This document shows positions 9,746 through 20,019 of a stretch of 64,000 nucleotides of DNA, piece after piece (positions within the stretch are counted from its first letter, which is position 1; each line of letters starts with the position of its first letter). A model generated the notes under the pieces. That model did no database searches. It saw only the letters and a program-made list of their open reading frames with translations, and had not been told where the DNA came from. Position numbers and translations under genes: made by a program. Source of the stretch: an uncultured Verrucomicrobiae bacterium. Lineage in GTDB: Bacteria; Verrucomicrobiota; Verrucomicrobiia; Chthoniobacterales; JAFAMB01. The stretch is from assembly GCA_963782115.1 (NCBI GenBank), contig CAWAIK010000001.1:800001-864000 (forward strand), in the 5' to 3' direction.

Positions 9746-9985
9746 TTAGAGCGTGTCGAGTATATTACCCACCTCTACCCGCTTATGAGTGGCAACACTC
9801 TTCAGAATGACGGCTGCCAGGCCCTCTTTTATTTTTGCATGTAGAGGGATGGTGAGTCGTTGAAACCGAGGATTCAAAGTCTCGAGACGAACATGTCGCC
9901 CGATTTGCTTGATGAAATGATAATCCCAATGCCGGCACAGGCATGTGACCAGGTCATTGCCGGATATGTCAGGTGGCGTTCTCAA
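9746..9985 (-). CDS. hicA: HicA-family toxin
   Basis: ISG.DLV..L....Y....Q.G.H.RL....TIPLH..IK.G....IL pattern; overlaps the stop of the upstream hicB-like gene. Confidence 0.8.
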   Translation of the reverse strand: MRTPPDISGNDLVTCLCRHWDYHFIKQIGRHVRLETLNPRFQRLTIPLHAKIKEGLAAVILKSVATHKRVEVGNILDTL

Positions 9986-10200
9986 GCGGCGAACACAAAT
10001 TGAGACACAACTTGAGCTAAGCGCACTTCAAATTTATCGCAATCCTCATCGTGAAAGTGTGCTCGGACAGCTTCCAAGGCATTTACTTTCAGCTCATCAA
10101 AATCGCTACCCTGGGTAAAAATGTCGTCACCGATTCCGACGGCTGTCCAGGTTCCATCCTCCTGCGGAACAACTTCAAAAACTAGATGTTTTAATAACAT
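9982..10200 (-). CDS. hicB: Short HicB-family antitoxin (no DNA-binding domain)
   Basis: EDG.WTA.....IFTQG.DFDEL..N..EAV..HF pattern. Confidence 0.8.
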   Translation of the reverse strand: MLLKHLVFEVVPQEDGTWTAVGIGDDIFTQGSDFDELKVNALEAVRAHFHDEDCDKFEVRLAQVVSQFVFAA

Positions 10201-10416
10201 GGGGAATTAGCGCCTCGTAATATTGAGCATTGCGAACAGGTTTGTGCAAGGAGATAGAAAATGGAGCAAGTGGGCCAGCCTTTTCAAGCGCGAAGCCTTG
10301 AATGCAATGGAGGCTTAAACGACCACCTTCCGGTGTGCCATTTAAATCTGATCATACCTGGTGTTCGTTTTTAGCCTTTGATTGCGGCTCTATTTGGCTG
10401 TGATAAAATTTGCACT

Positions 10417-10917
10417 GTGCCGCAAGTGAGTGCCGGGCTGTTGATGTACCAATACGCCGGGTCTGTTCTCGAGGTTTTTCTTGTCCATCCTGGCGGGCCG
10501 TTCTGGGCTGGGAAAGACGAAGGGGCCTGGTCAATTCCAAAGGGACTTATAGATCCGGGTGAGAACAACCTTGAAGCTGCAAAACGCGAATTTGAAGAAG
10601 AGACTTCGATCCCGTCTTCGGCACCGTTTATTGATCTCGGCGAGATACGGCAGAAATCCGGGAAGCGGATCCTGGCCTGGGCGTTTCGGCGAACAGCCCA
10701 ATTGATCTCCGTGAAAAGCAATCTTTTCACTCTGGAATGGCCGCCCCATTCCGGACTGCAAAAGGATTTTCCGGAAATAGATAAGGGCGAGTTTTTCTCC
10801 CTGCCGGATGCCCGGAGAAAGATCAATCGGTCTCAAGCGGAGTTCTTGGACAGATTGGAAAGCCTGCATTTGCTCACAAACCCTGAGAGATTCGTGAGCG
10901 ATGCAGGCTGTGGCTAA
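10417..10917 (+). CDS. NUDIX hydrolase (predicted NTP pyrophosphohydrolase)
   Basis: SAGLLMY, LVHPGGPFW..KDEGAWSIPKG, AAKREFEEET, FPEIDK. Confidence 0.9.
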   Translation: MPQVSAGLLMYQYAGSVLEVFLVHPGGPFWAGKDEGAWSIPKGLIDPGENNLEAAKREFEEETSIPSSAPFIDLGEIRQKSGKRILAWAFRRTAQLISVKSNLFTLEWPPHSGLQKDFPEIDKGEFFSLPDARRKINRSQAEFLDRLESLHLLTNPERFVSDAGCG

Positions 10918-11268
10918 CCTGAAAAACTCACTAGCTCTTTTGCTGGAACGATTCGACATCCTTTCGCATCTTTCGAATGCCCTTCTGCGCCCCTTGCAAG
11001 ATCTCTGGATTTCGACCGATCAAGAGGCTTAAATAAAGAGATCGAAGAAAATCGGGCGACCCCAAATTCCCGCGCAAAGACGTTCGCAGAAGACCGACCC
11101 ATGATTCCTTACTGGCATCAGGCGAAGACCGCGAAAGAACGCCTTAGCGCGGCTGACCTTTCGTTGCTTCGTCCATTTGTTTGATCGGCATCCGTAGCAG
11201 TTGCAGAGAAAGTGGTCAAGCGCTCGACATTGCGCGGGCGAGGCAGATAGTTGTTAGCACTGACAACT

Positions 11269-11607
11269 ATGGACGCGCTCACTAATGAAAAATGCACGGC
11301 CTGCCGTCGCGATTCTCCACGTGCGACTGAGGCGGAGGTTCGCGAGCTTAAACCTCAAATTCCTGAATGGACACTGCTGGAACGGGAGGGAATCGATAGA
11401 CTTGAGCGGGTATTTCGGTTCGCGAATTTTGCCGAAGCCTTGAGTTTTACGAATCGCGTAGGCGCGCTGGCCGAGGAAGAAGGCCATCATCCAGCGATAC
11501 TAACAGAATGGGGGCGGGTGACGGTGACGCTTTGGACCCACAAGATTCGAGGGCTGCATCGCAACGACTTCATCATCGCGGCGAAGATCGATTCGCTCGT
11601 GCCATAG
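11269..11607 (+). CDS. phhB: Pterin-4-alpha-carbinolamine dehydratase
   Basis: AEEEGHHP..WG.V.V..WTH...GLH.NDFI.AAKID. Confidence 0.92.
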   Translation: MDALTNEKCTACRRDSPRATEAEVRELKPQIPEWTLLEREGIDRLERVFRFANFAEALSFTNRVGALAEEEGHHPAILTEWGRVTVTLWTHKIRGLHRNDFIIAAKIDSLVP

Positions 11608-12265
11608 CGAGTTCCTGCTGCGCCCCGACAAAAATAACGAACGCGATGAAGATCAAAACCGGATTGTAGACAAACCCAAACACGGCGAAGAGGATCGCGA
11701 GGCCCTGGCCGAGCCTGGCTGCAATCTGCGTGGCCTGAGCGTACGGCATTACCATCGCCAACAGCGCTCGGAGGACTCGCCCTCCATCCATCGGAAATGC
11801 CGGAATCAAATTGAACAAAACCAAGATCACATTGACCCAGGCTAGTTTGGCCAGCAGGTCGACCCGTGGGCTTTCCAGGTGCTCAGCCTGCTGAATGCCA
11901 GCGGTTCCATGGATCAAAAAGAGGACGGCGGCTATCACCACGTTCACCAGCGGTCCGGCAATGGCGACGATGAGTTCCTGCCAAGGTTTGTCCGGAATGC
12001 GATTGAGCCGCGCGACACCACCGAAGGGCCATAAGGTTATGTCAGGCGTCCTGATGCCAAATGCGCGTGCCGCGAACGCATGCCCGAATTCATGCAAGAG
12101 CACGCAAGCAAACAGAGCCAGGATGAGCAGGACTCCTTGGATCGCACCCGATAACCCTGCCACTTGGTAGTAATTGAGCCAAATCCACGCTAAATAGAGC
12201 AGGAAGGTCACATGAATTCGCACCTCGATCCCAAAAATAGAAGCAACTTTCAGCGAAGAGCGCAT
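11573..12265 (-). CDS. Site-2 protease (peptidase M50)
   Basis: HEFGH, AGPLVN, FNLIPAFPMDGGR; multiple transmembrane segments. Confidence 0.92.
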   Translation of the reverse strand: MRSSLKVASIFGIEVRIHVTFLLYLAWIWLNYYQVAGLSGAIQGVLLILALFACVLLHEFGHAFAARAFGIRTPDITLWPFGGVARLNRIPDKPWQELIVAIAGPLVNVVIAAVLFLIHGTAGIQQAEHLESPRVDLLAKLAWVNVILVLFNLIPAFPMDGGRVLRALLAMVMPYAQATQIAARLGQGLAILFAVFGFVYNPVLIFIAFVIFVGAQQELAMARANRSSPR

Positions 12266-12377
12266 AATTTAATGCCGATCCCAGTTTCGTCGGTGCCATC
12301 GCGATTCAACAGGTGGCCCACGACTCGCTATCCTATCGCACTTTTCCGGATTTGCCGCTAAGCCCGAACAGAACAAT

Positions 12378-14663
12378 TTGAGTACGCATTGGCTCAGGTG
12401 TTTGTCATTGGTAGATAAGAACCACTTGCGACGAACGGTTATCCTGATAACGGCCCTTGGTCTGACTTCATTTTCGGATGGTCAAGATGATCTGAACGGC
12501 AGAGCATCGAAGTCCGTTGTAATCCAACAAACGGTGACCGACTATTTCGGGACCAAAATCATCGATCCGTTCCGCTGGATGGAAGCTGGTCTATCCGACC
12601 CGCATTTTCTCGAATTCATTAAGGAGCAAGACAAGGCCACGCGGCGAATTCTGAACCGGCTCGCAGGCCCTCGCGCAAAGCTTCTCGCGCGAATCCACGC
12701 GTTTGATTCGGCTGTGGCGGCGACTAGTGACTGGAGACGAGCCGGCAGTCGAATCTTTTATCTCGAAATCGCGTCAGGTGCGTCCGACGCGGTATTGCGG
12801 GTGCGCGAGTCAGATGGCTCAGTACGAACGCTGCTCGATCCCGAGATCTATAAAAATGGAGCACAGCATGCATCGGTCGATTATTTCGAGCCTTCGCCGG
12901 ACGGAAACTATGTGGCTGCCGGAGTTTCTTTAGGAGGCTCGGAGGATAGCACCCTTTATATCCTCGATGTGGGGTCCGGCAAGACGCTTCCGGAATCCAT
13001 CTCAAGGACCCAGTATGGATGGCCTTCCTGGAGATCCGACCGGAAATCACTCTTCTATTTTCGGGAGAAGCAACTCCCTCCAAATGCTCCGCCCGCTGAA
13101 GTCTACAAGAATGGACGGACGTTTCTTCACATTCTGGGTACGGATCCGGATAAGGATGTTCCAGTTTTCGGCCCTGGTCTGCCGGGATCGCCGAATGTGC
13201 CGGCCGCCGGCTTTTGCGGAGTTATTGGCGCGCCCGGTTCTCCCTATGACGTGGCAATATACACCGCGGGAACGATCGATTCCGGCTCTGTTTATGTTGC
13301 CAGGGAGCGGGATGTGACGGGTCCGGATACCCCTTGGAGGCAAATTCTTTCTTCCGAGGATCGTATGGCGACAGGTGGGTCACCGGCGACACTGATCGGT
13401 TCGACTCTTTACGTGCTGTCGGAAAAGCAATCCCCGAACGGTAGCGTCGCAGCCATAGACCTGGACCATCCCGGCACGCCCGCGAAAATAGTGGTGCCCG
13501 CAAGCGACGCCGTGATCGACGGGGTCTACGGTGCCAGCGACGCTCTGTACATAGGTGGGCGTCAGGGTGTCGCCAAGACGCTGGCGCGTCTTTCCTATAC
13601 GGATTCCGCGAAGGCGGAGATGATCAAATTGCCGGCCCAGGGCAGAGTCTACGGGATTGATGCGACGGTCGAGCAACCCGGAATATTGTTTGGCATTGAC
13701 TCCTGGCTTGTTCCGCCTACCGCGTTCCTCTACGACCCGAGCACGAACGGCTGTGAGGATACCGGGATTCAACGGAAAAGTCCGGTGGATCTTTCCGCTT
13801 TTAAAGCGCTCGAGGTGCAAGTGCCAAGCACAGACGGAGCTACTATTCCGGTCTCGATCATCTGTCGCAAAGACATTGTGTTGGATGGCTCTCATCCAAC
13901 GCTCTTCGAAGGTCACGGCGCTTACGGGGTCTCCATCGATCCCGAGTTTAATTCCGGCTTCCTTCCTGCGATTTATCCATGGGTCGAGCGCGGCGGTGTA
14001 GTCGCAGTCGCCCATGTTCGCGGCGGGGGCGAATATGGCGAACGCTGGCACGTTTCCGGCCAGAAAGGGTTAAAGCAACATACCGTCGATGATATGATCG
14101 CCACGGCGCACTGGCTCATTTTAAACAGGTACACTTCGCCGAGCCGTCTGGCGGTACGCGGCACCAGCGGAGGCGGGATAGCCCTGGGAAATGCGATTGT
14201 TCAACATCCGGAATTGTTCGCTGCGGCCATTGACAATGTCGGAATCACGAATCTGCTGCGTTTTCAGTTCACTCCAAACGGTGCCGGCAACATACCGGAA
14301 TTTGGTGACGTCACGAAGCCGGACGAATTCAAGTGGCTCTATGCGATGAGCGCTTACCATCATATCAAAGATGGTGTCAAATACCCCGCGCTACTCGGTC
14401 TCACCGGCGCCAACGATCCGCGGGTGCCCTCCTGGTTGGTGGCCGAATTCGTGGCCCGGCTGCAAGTGGCAACAGCGAGCGGCAAGCCGGTCCTTTTGCG
14501 GGTTGATTTCGACGCGGGACATCTCATTGGCGCAAATCGTGACCAGCGCGAAAAAGCGGACGCAGATCAAGAGACGTTTCTGCTCTGGCAACTTGGTGAC
14601 CGGGAATTTCAAATTCGGCGCGAACGCCGTGCTAGTCGCATGACTGCGAAAGGATTTGATTAA
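12378..14663 (+). CDS. Prolyl oligopeptidase (S9A), probably secreted
   Basis: DPFRWME, VRGGGEYGERWH, GTSGGG nucleophile, NDPRV, AGH. Confidence 0.92.
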   Translation: MSTHWLRCLSLVDKNHLRRTVILITALGLTSFSDGQDDLNGRASKSVVIQQTVTDYFGTKIIDPFRWMEAGLSDPHFLEFIKEQDKATRRILNRLAGPRAKLLARIHAFDSAVAATSDWRRAGSRIFYLEIASGASDAVLRVRESDGSVRTLLDPEIYKNGAQHASVDYFEPSPDGNYVAAGVSLGGSEDSTLYILDVGSGKTLPESISRTQYGWPSWRSDRKSLFYFREKQLPPNAPPAEVYKNGRTFLHILGTDPDKDVPVFGPGLPGSPNVPAAGFCGVIGAPGSPYDVAIYTAGTIDSGSVYVARERDVTGPDTPWRQILSSEDRMATGGSPATLIGSTLYVLSEKQSPNGSVAAIDLDHPGTPAKIVVPASDAVIDGVYGASDALYIGGRQGVAKTLARLSYTDSAKAEMIKLPAQGRVYGIDATVEQPGILFGIDSWLVPPTAFLYDPSTNGCEDTGIQRKSPVDLSAFKALEVQVPSTDGATIPVSIICRKDIVLDGSHPTLFEGHGAYGVSIDPEFNSGFLPAIYPWVERGGVVAVAHVRGGGEYGERWHVSGQKGLKQHTVDDMIATAHWLILNRYTSPSRLAVRGTSGGGIALGNAIVQHPELFAAAIDNVGITNLLRFQFTPNGAGNIPEFGDVTKPDEFKWLYAMSAYHHIKDGVKYPALLGLTGANDPRVPSWLVAEFVARLQVATASGKPVLLRVDFDAGHLIGANRDQREKADADQETFLLWQLGDREFQIRRERRASRMTAKGFD

Positions 14664-14878
14664 GCGATCTTTCCATATAGTTTTGTGCCCTGGCGCAGCG
14701 CTCGAGGCACTCGTGCTGGTCGGTGCTGGCTCCCCCCAGTTTTCAACGTCTGTTCTCGTTACCATAGCCCGAAGCCTGCGCGTTTGGCCTTGCTCGGCAG
14801 GGGTGAGCCCGTCCCGCGCATCTGCTCAAAAGAATTGCGCCAGCGAACAATGGCTCAAGCATCGATTGGAAATAAGGC

Positions 14879-15907
14879 ATGAAAAGACTTACCTACAGTA
14901 CCGCTCTGCTCCCCATCCTGGTGGGCATTGCGTTGATCGGAGTGGCTCATGCAGATACCAAAAATCTGCGCATAGCGTTTTCTAACAACTATGCGGGCAA
15001 TTCATGGCGGCAGGCCATGTTAAAGAGTTATGATATCGTCACCAAGAAAGCTGTTGCCGACGGGGTCGTTGCCGCTGCGGACGTCTTCACCACGGCTGAC
15101 AAAGAGGTGCCGACCCAGGCGGCACAGATTCAGAACCTGATTCTTCAGGGTTACAATGCCATCGTCATCAATGCGTCCTCCCCGGATGCGCTGAACGGCG
15201 CTATCAAACAGGCTACTGACGCCGGTATCGTTGTCGTGTCGTTCGACGGAATAGTCACCGAGCCTTCCGCTTGGCGCGTCGTTGTCGATTTCAAGGATTA
15301 TGGTGAGCAGGAGGTGGTGCATCTGGCTAGTTGGCTTCCGAAGGGTGGTAACCTGCTGGAGATTCGTGGCCTTGCCGGAACCTCGATCGATGACGCAATT
15401 CATGCCGGGATCGTGCAGGGGGTCGGCAAGCATCCGGAGTTTAAAATCGTTAACAGCGTTGAGGGCGACTGGGACCAGACGACGGCGCAAAAGGCGGTAG
15501 CGACCGTCCTCCCTTCGCTCCCCGAAATCGCCGGTGTAGTAGACCAGGGTGGCGACGGATACGGCGCTGCGCAAGCCTTCGCCGGGGCCAACCGCAAGGA
15601 GCCGATTATCATCATGGGAAATCGTCAGGACGAACTGGCATGGTGGAAGGAGCAGAAGGCCAAGAATGGTTACACCACTTGGTCCGCATCGATTGCGCCT
15701 GGTGTTTCAACGCTTGCGTTTTGGGTAGCGCAGCAGATTCTGGACGGCCGCAAGGATATACCGCACGACCTGCTGGTGCCGTATCTGGCCTTTACGCAGG
15801 ACGATTTTGAGGCTGCGCTTCCCAACATTCCTGTAGGCGGCGTTGCCAGCCATGAGTACACGCAGGAAGACGCCAAGAAGGCGATTGAAGCCAATATGAA
15901 AAAATAG
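14879..15907 (+). CDS. Sugar ABC transporter substrate-binding protein (RbsB-like)
   Basis: Signal peptide; [23 protein letters not shown] periplasmic-binding fold. Confidence 0.9.
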   Translation: MKRLTYSTALLPILVGIALIGVAHADTKNLRIAFSNNYAGNSWRQAMLKSYDIVTKKAVADGVVAAADVFTTADKEVPTQAAQIQNLILQGYNAIVINASSPDALNGAIKQATDAGIVVVSFDGIVTEPSAWRVVVDFKDYGEQEVVHLASWLPKGGNLLEIRGLAGTSIDDAIHAGIVQGVGKHPEFKIVNSVEGDWDQTTAQKAVATVLPSLPEIAGVVDQGGDGYGAAQAFAGANRKEPIIIMGNRQDELAWWKEQKAKNGYTTWSASIAPGVSTLAFWVAQQILDGRKDIPHDLLVPYLAFTQDDFEAALPNIPVGGVASHEYTQEDAKKAIEANMKK

Positions 15908-15980
15908 CGGCGGTGAGGGGCATTTCACACATTGCGCTGAACGCGATCGCCCTGAGAGTCCGATTGAGTTTTCGCATGTC

Positions 15981-17450
15981 ATGTCCGAACCGTCCGTGAA
16001 CATTGTCAGGCTGGCCGGCGTCGAAAAGTACTTTGGCGCCGTCCGAGCTCTTGCAGGGGTTGATTTCGCAGTCGATGTCGGAGAATGCGTTGGCCTTGTC
16101 GGCCATAATGGCGCCGGCAAATCGACGCTGATGCATGTGCTGGCCGGCACGCTTACCCCTGGTAGCGGGCAGATCATTGTCGACGGCAGCCCGCGGCATG
16201 GTTACTCGGCGCATCTTGCGCAGAGACTGGGGATTCGGTGCGTCTTCCAGGAACTGTCGCTTTGCCCAAATCTCACGGTGGCCGAAAATGCACGCGTTCT
16301 TCACCCGGGCATCGTCGGATGGGGTTGGCGAAAGCGAGCGGGTGAACTGATCGGACGTAAACTCAACGAAATTTTTCCGGGCCATGGCATTGTTCTCGAT
16401 GCTGTCGTCGGTGACCTGCCGATTGGAAAACGCCAGATGATCGAAGTGGCCCGCGCCTTCACGATTACCAAGGCTCCCCTTCATCTAGTGATTCTCGACG
16501 AACCGACCTCTTCTCTTGACAGTCATACGGCAGCCCAGCTGTTGATCCATGTCCGGCGAGTCGTTGCGACCGGAGCGAGCTGTGTGCTGATCTCCCATCT
16601 CCTGCGCGAAATCCTTGAGTATTCCGATCGCATCGTTGTCATGCGGGATGGCGCCGTCGCGGCAGTTGATCGCGCTTCAGCCTTTGACCGGGACAAACTG
16701 GTGACCGCGATGGGCGGTGCCGCAGCAAGTAAAATGCGATTGGTGCAGGAGCGCGCCGCGCCGCGCGGGAGTACTCCGGTTCGGGTTCGTGCGCGTTCCC
16801 TCACCCGAGGCGACGGCATCGAACTTGTTGCGCACCAGGGCGAAATCGTTGGGCTGGCCGGTCTTTCCGGCCATGGACAAACGGAGTTATTGCTATTGGT
16901 GTTTCGCGGGGCAACGCGACGCCTTCCCGGGCTCGAGGTGACCGATCCTGTCGCGCTGATCGCCGGAGACCGCCAAAGTGACGGGATTTTCCCGCTCTGG
17001 TCGATCGCTGAAAACATCGGCATTCGCTCTATCGCAGCGCTTCGCAGAGGCCCTCTGATTTCTTCCGAGCTGGAGGACCAATTTGCCGAGCGCTGGCAGA
17101 AACGCGTCAATATCCGCACGGCGGACATGCACAACAATATCCTGTCGCTCTCGGGCGGAAATCAGCAGAAAGCGTTGTTCGCAAGGGCGCTCGGCTCCGA
17201 AGCGAAAATTGTTTTGATGGACGACCCAATGCGCGGGGTTGATGTCAGCACCAAGCTCGAGGTCTATGGGCTGATCCGCGCGGAAGCAAATGCCGGGCGC
17301 ACTTTCCTCTGGTATACGACCGAAATGGAGGAGCTCAAGAACTGCGATCACGTTTATGTTTTCCGCAATGGGCGGATCGTTGCTGATCTGCGGCGCGGCG
17401 AACTTAGCGAGGAACGAGTCATCCAATCTTCCTTTCAGGAGGGCGGGTGA
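15981..17450 (+). CDS. Sugar ABC transporter ATP-binding protein (two ABC domains)
   Basis: [35 protein letters not shown]. Confidence 0.93.
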   Translation: MSEPSVNIVRLAGVEKYFGAVRALAGVDFAVDVGECVGLVGHNGAGKSTLMHVLAGTLTPGSGQIIVDGSPRHGYSAHLAQRLGIRCVFQELSLCPNLTVAENARVLHPGIVGWGWRKRAGELIGRKLNEIFPGHGIVLDAVVGDLPIGKRQMIEVARAFTITKAPLHLVILDEPTSSLDSHTAAQLLIHVRRVVATGASCVLISHLLREILEYSDRIVVMRDGAVAAVDRASAFDRDKLVTAMGGAAASKMRLVQERAAPRGSTPVRVRARSLTRGDGIELVAHQGEIVGLAGLSGHGQTELLLLVFRGATRRLPGLEVTDPVALIAGDRQSDGIFPLWSIAENIGIRSIAALRRGPLISSELEDQFAERWQKRVNIRTADMHNNILSLSGGNQQKALFARALGSEAKIVLMDDPMRGVDVSTKLEVYGLIRAEANAGRTFLWYTTEMEELKNCDHVYVFRNGRIVADLRRGELSEERVIQSSFQEGG

Positions 17451-18436
17451 ACGCGAACCCCAGCTCCGGCGCCTACGTGGTAAAACTTGCGAGAAGTGCA
17501 TCCCGACCTTCCCTGCGATTCCTGCGGGCTACCCTGCCATCCTTATCCCTTGCGCTGGTCGTGCTTGGAATCGCGTGGCTGAATCCGCGTGCCATGAGCT
17601 ATTTAGGGCTCAACTTGATGCTCAACCTCGGGATTCCCACGGCGCTTGCCACCGTGGCCCAGATGTTTGTCATTACGGTGAACGACCTCGATCTCTCGAT
17701 TGGGACATTCGTCAGCTTCGTCGGTTGTGTGGCAGCAACGTGGCTGCGAGACGCCCCGTTCCTGGGTCTTGCCGTGCTTCTGGGCGGGGTCGCTGTCTAT
17801 GCGCTTATGGGCGCGGTCATTTATCTGCGTAACGTTCCATCGATCGTGGTGACACTCGGCATGCTGTTCGTCTGGCAAGGACTGGCGATCCTGGTCCTGC
17901 CCAAGCCGGGCGGGAAACCACCCGGTTGGTTGCATGATTTGATGAATTTCCATACGCCTTATGCTCCCTTTCCAATCTTCGCCGCAATGGTGATCGCGCT
18001 GCTTGTTCACGTTGGGTTGATGCGAACTTCCTATGGCGCGATCTTGCGCGGGTCCGGTGGCAACCCGAACGCGATCGGGCGGGCCGGATGGTCATTGCTC
18101 AAGACCAAAATCGTCATGTTCGCACTCGCGGGCGTTTTCGGGGTCTTCTCCGGGCTGGCCTTAATCGGCATAACGACGTCGGCTGACGCTAACATCGGGA
18201 AGGGCTACACCCTCCTTTCGATCGCCGGAGTCATTCTCGGCGGAGGAGAATTCGTGGGCGGACGCGTCGCTCCGATCGGGGCGGTCATCGGCGCGTTGAC
18301 GCTGACGCTGGCCGGCTCGCTTCTCAACTTCATGAGGATTTCACCCGATTGGCAGGTCGGTGCGCAGGGCGGAATTCTCATCATCGTTCTCGCTGTCCGC
18401 GCACTGATTAACCGGACCGACAGTAGAACGCCATGA
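17447..18436 (+). CDS. Sugar ABC transporter permease
   Basis: [33 protein letters not shown]. Confidence 0.9.
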   Translation: MNANPSSGAYVVKLARSASRPSLRFLRATLPSLSLALVVLGIAWLNPRAMSYLGLNLMLNLGIPTALATVAQMFVITVNDLDLSIGTFVSFVGCVAATWLRDAPFLGLAVLLGGVAVYALMGAVIYLRNVPSIVVTLGMLFVWQGLAILVLPKPGGKPPGWLHDLMNFHTPYAPFPIFAAMVIALLVHVGLMRTSYGAILRGSGGNPNAIGRAGWSLLKTKIVMFALAGVFGVFSGLALIGITTSADANIGKGYTLLSIAGVILGGGEFVGGRVAPIGAVIGALTLTLAGSLLNFMRISPDWQVGAQGGILIIVLAVRALINRTDSRTP

Positions 18437-19386
18437 AGTTTGCCAGGAGGTTCAACGTTCTTACCAAGCCATGGATCTGGTCGTACCTCGGCGCCTTTCT
18501 GGTCTGGCTGGCGGCGATCGCGTTCACGCACGGTTACGGCGCCGGGGGAATGATCACCGCCGCCCTGGCGCTCGCCGTCTTTTCTGTGATCGCAGGCGTC
18601 GCGCAGATGTTCGTGATCACGCTCGGACCCGGAAACGTTGATCTGTCGCTGCCCGCCAATATCGGATTGGCGAGCGCGGTCGCCATGAAAATGATGAATG
18701 GATCCGATTCATTGATCGCTGTCGGTTTTCTCGCCGCCCTGGCGTCCGGCATTGGCATCGGAATTTTCAATTATCTTCTGATCTGGTTGCTGCGCATTCC
18801 GCCGATTATCTCGACCCTTTCCGCCAGCTTCATTATCCAATCTGCCGGCATCAGCTACGGTCGCGGTCTGCAGATCAAGCCGCCGCCCGGGTATGCCGAA
18901 TTCACCTCTGCCCAAGTCGCTGGGATACCTTTGCTGGCGATTGGAACAGCGATCTTCACGATCGGGGTTGGGGTAATCTTGCACCGGACAATCTTCGGTC
19001 GCTCGGTTCTTGCCGTCGGCCAAAATACTCGCGCCGCCTGGCTCGCTGGAATTGCCGTGGAACGAGTTCGATTCGCAACCTACGTTCTAAGCGGGGCACT
19101 CGGCGGGATCTGCGGGTCGCTTCTGGCCGGCTATTTTCGAGGATCGTCGCTCGAAATCGGTGACGAATATCTTCTTGCTTCGATCGCGGTGGTCGTGATC
19201 GGCGGTACCTCGGTCAGCGGTGGAAAGGCCAATGTGCCAGGATTATGGGGTGGTGCGCTCTTCCTCGTACTCTTGCTCACCATGCTCAACACCTTTGGCG
19301 TGAGCGCCGGAATTCGTTTCGTGGTCACCGGCCTGGTCATCATCGGAGTGATCATTGCGGCAGGCGGGCAGAAGACGGCGCGGTAA
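18433..19386 (+). CDS. Sugar ABC transporter permease
   Basis: VDLSL, IPPIISTL, GQN.RAA.LAGI, SIAVVVIGGTS. Confidence 0.9.
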   Translation: MKFARRFNVLTKPWIWSYLGAFLVWLAAIAFTHGYGAGGMITAALALAVFSVIAGVAQMFVITLGPGNVDLSLPANIGLASAVAMKMMNGSDSLIAVGFLAALASGIGIGIFNYLLIWLLRIPPIISTLSASFIIQSAGISYGRGLQIKPPPGYAEFTSAQVAGIPLLAIGTAIFTIGVGVILHRTIFGRSVLAVGQNTRAAWLAGIAVERVRFATYVLSGALGGICGSLLAGYFRGSSLEIGDEYLLASIAVVVIGGTSVSGGKANVPGLWGGALFLVLLLTMLNTFGVSAGIRFVVTGLVIIGVIIAAGGQKTAR

Positions 19387-19403
19387 GAGGACAGGAGGAC
19401 AGG

Positions 19404-20000
19404 TCGCGTCAAGAAAACCCAGAATGTGAGGAAGAGCATGTAATCGGAAAGAAAACAAGACTCGGAAACATAATACAGGGACCCAGTGGGGAAAACAACC
19501 CCACCCGGCAAAGGCTAGCCACCGACCGGAAGCGAACATTGCGTAGTCGTCAGCGATGGCGGCACGAAGCGTATGGAGCGGTGCGAAAGCCGTGTGATTG
19601 AGCCTCGAAATAATGTTAAACGTTGGAGCCTTCGTAGTCCTGACCGCGGGGGCAGAATCGAAGCGCCGCAAAAGGCTTGGCGTGGAGATCCGACCGGGGT
19701 CTAAGAGCAGGGCAAAAGCACGAAAGGGTACCCTGGGAACTTGAGAGATCCGACTGAGTTCCTCCAAGAGAGAAAGAACCGGAGCAAGGGGCGAGACCGG
19801 TCGACCAACGCCCAGGCGCAGCGGGAGGGACTCCAGGAGCCCGAGGCGAGCGAAAGAGCTGGGAGTCAAGGAGGTAACCCCCGTTCGAAGGAGAACGAAG
19901 AGCGAGGGAACGAGCAGCCGGAAGTCTTAGCATCCTCATAGTACCGCAAGAAAAGTGGCGAACCGACCCGAGGGAGCCACCGAGTAGGGAAGGGGGAACC
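19404..20000 (+). ncRNA. Group II intron 5' fragment (domains I-III); no RT ORF, DV or DVI seen
   Basis: NNGCG start; GTGTGATTGAGCCTCGAAA, GGGAACTTGAGAGATCC and GAAGTCTTAGCATCCTCATAGTACCG..AAG..GAAC motifs; colinear with the copy at 36465. Confidence 0.8.
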
Positions 20001-20019
20001 GGAGCAGACTGCCAAAGAG

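Noticed and set aside
19243..19941. ORFs overlapping the intron fragments (also 36282-37026)
   Set aside because: No RT or maturase motifs; frames are not conserved between the two copies, while the RNA pairing is.
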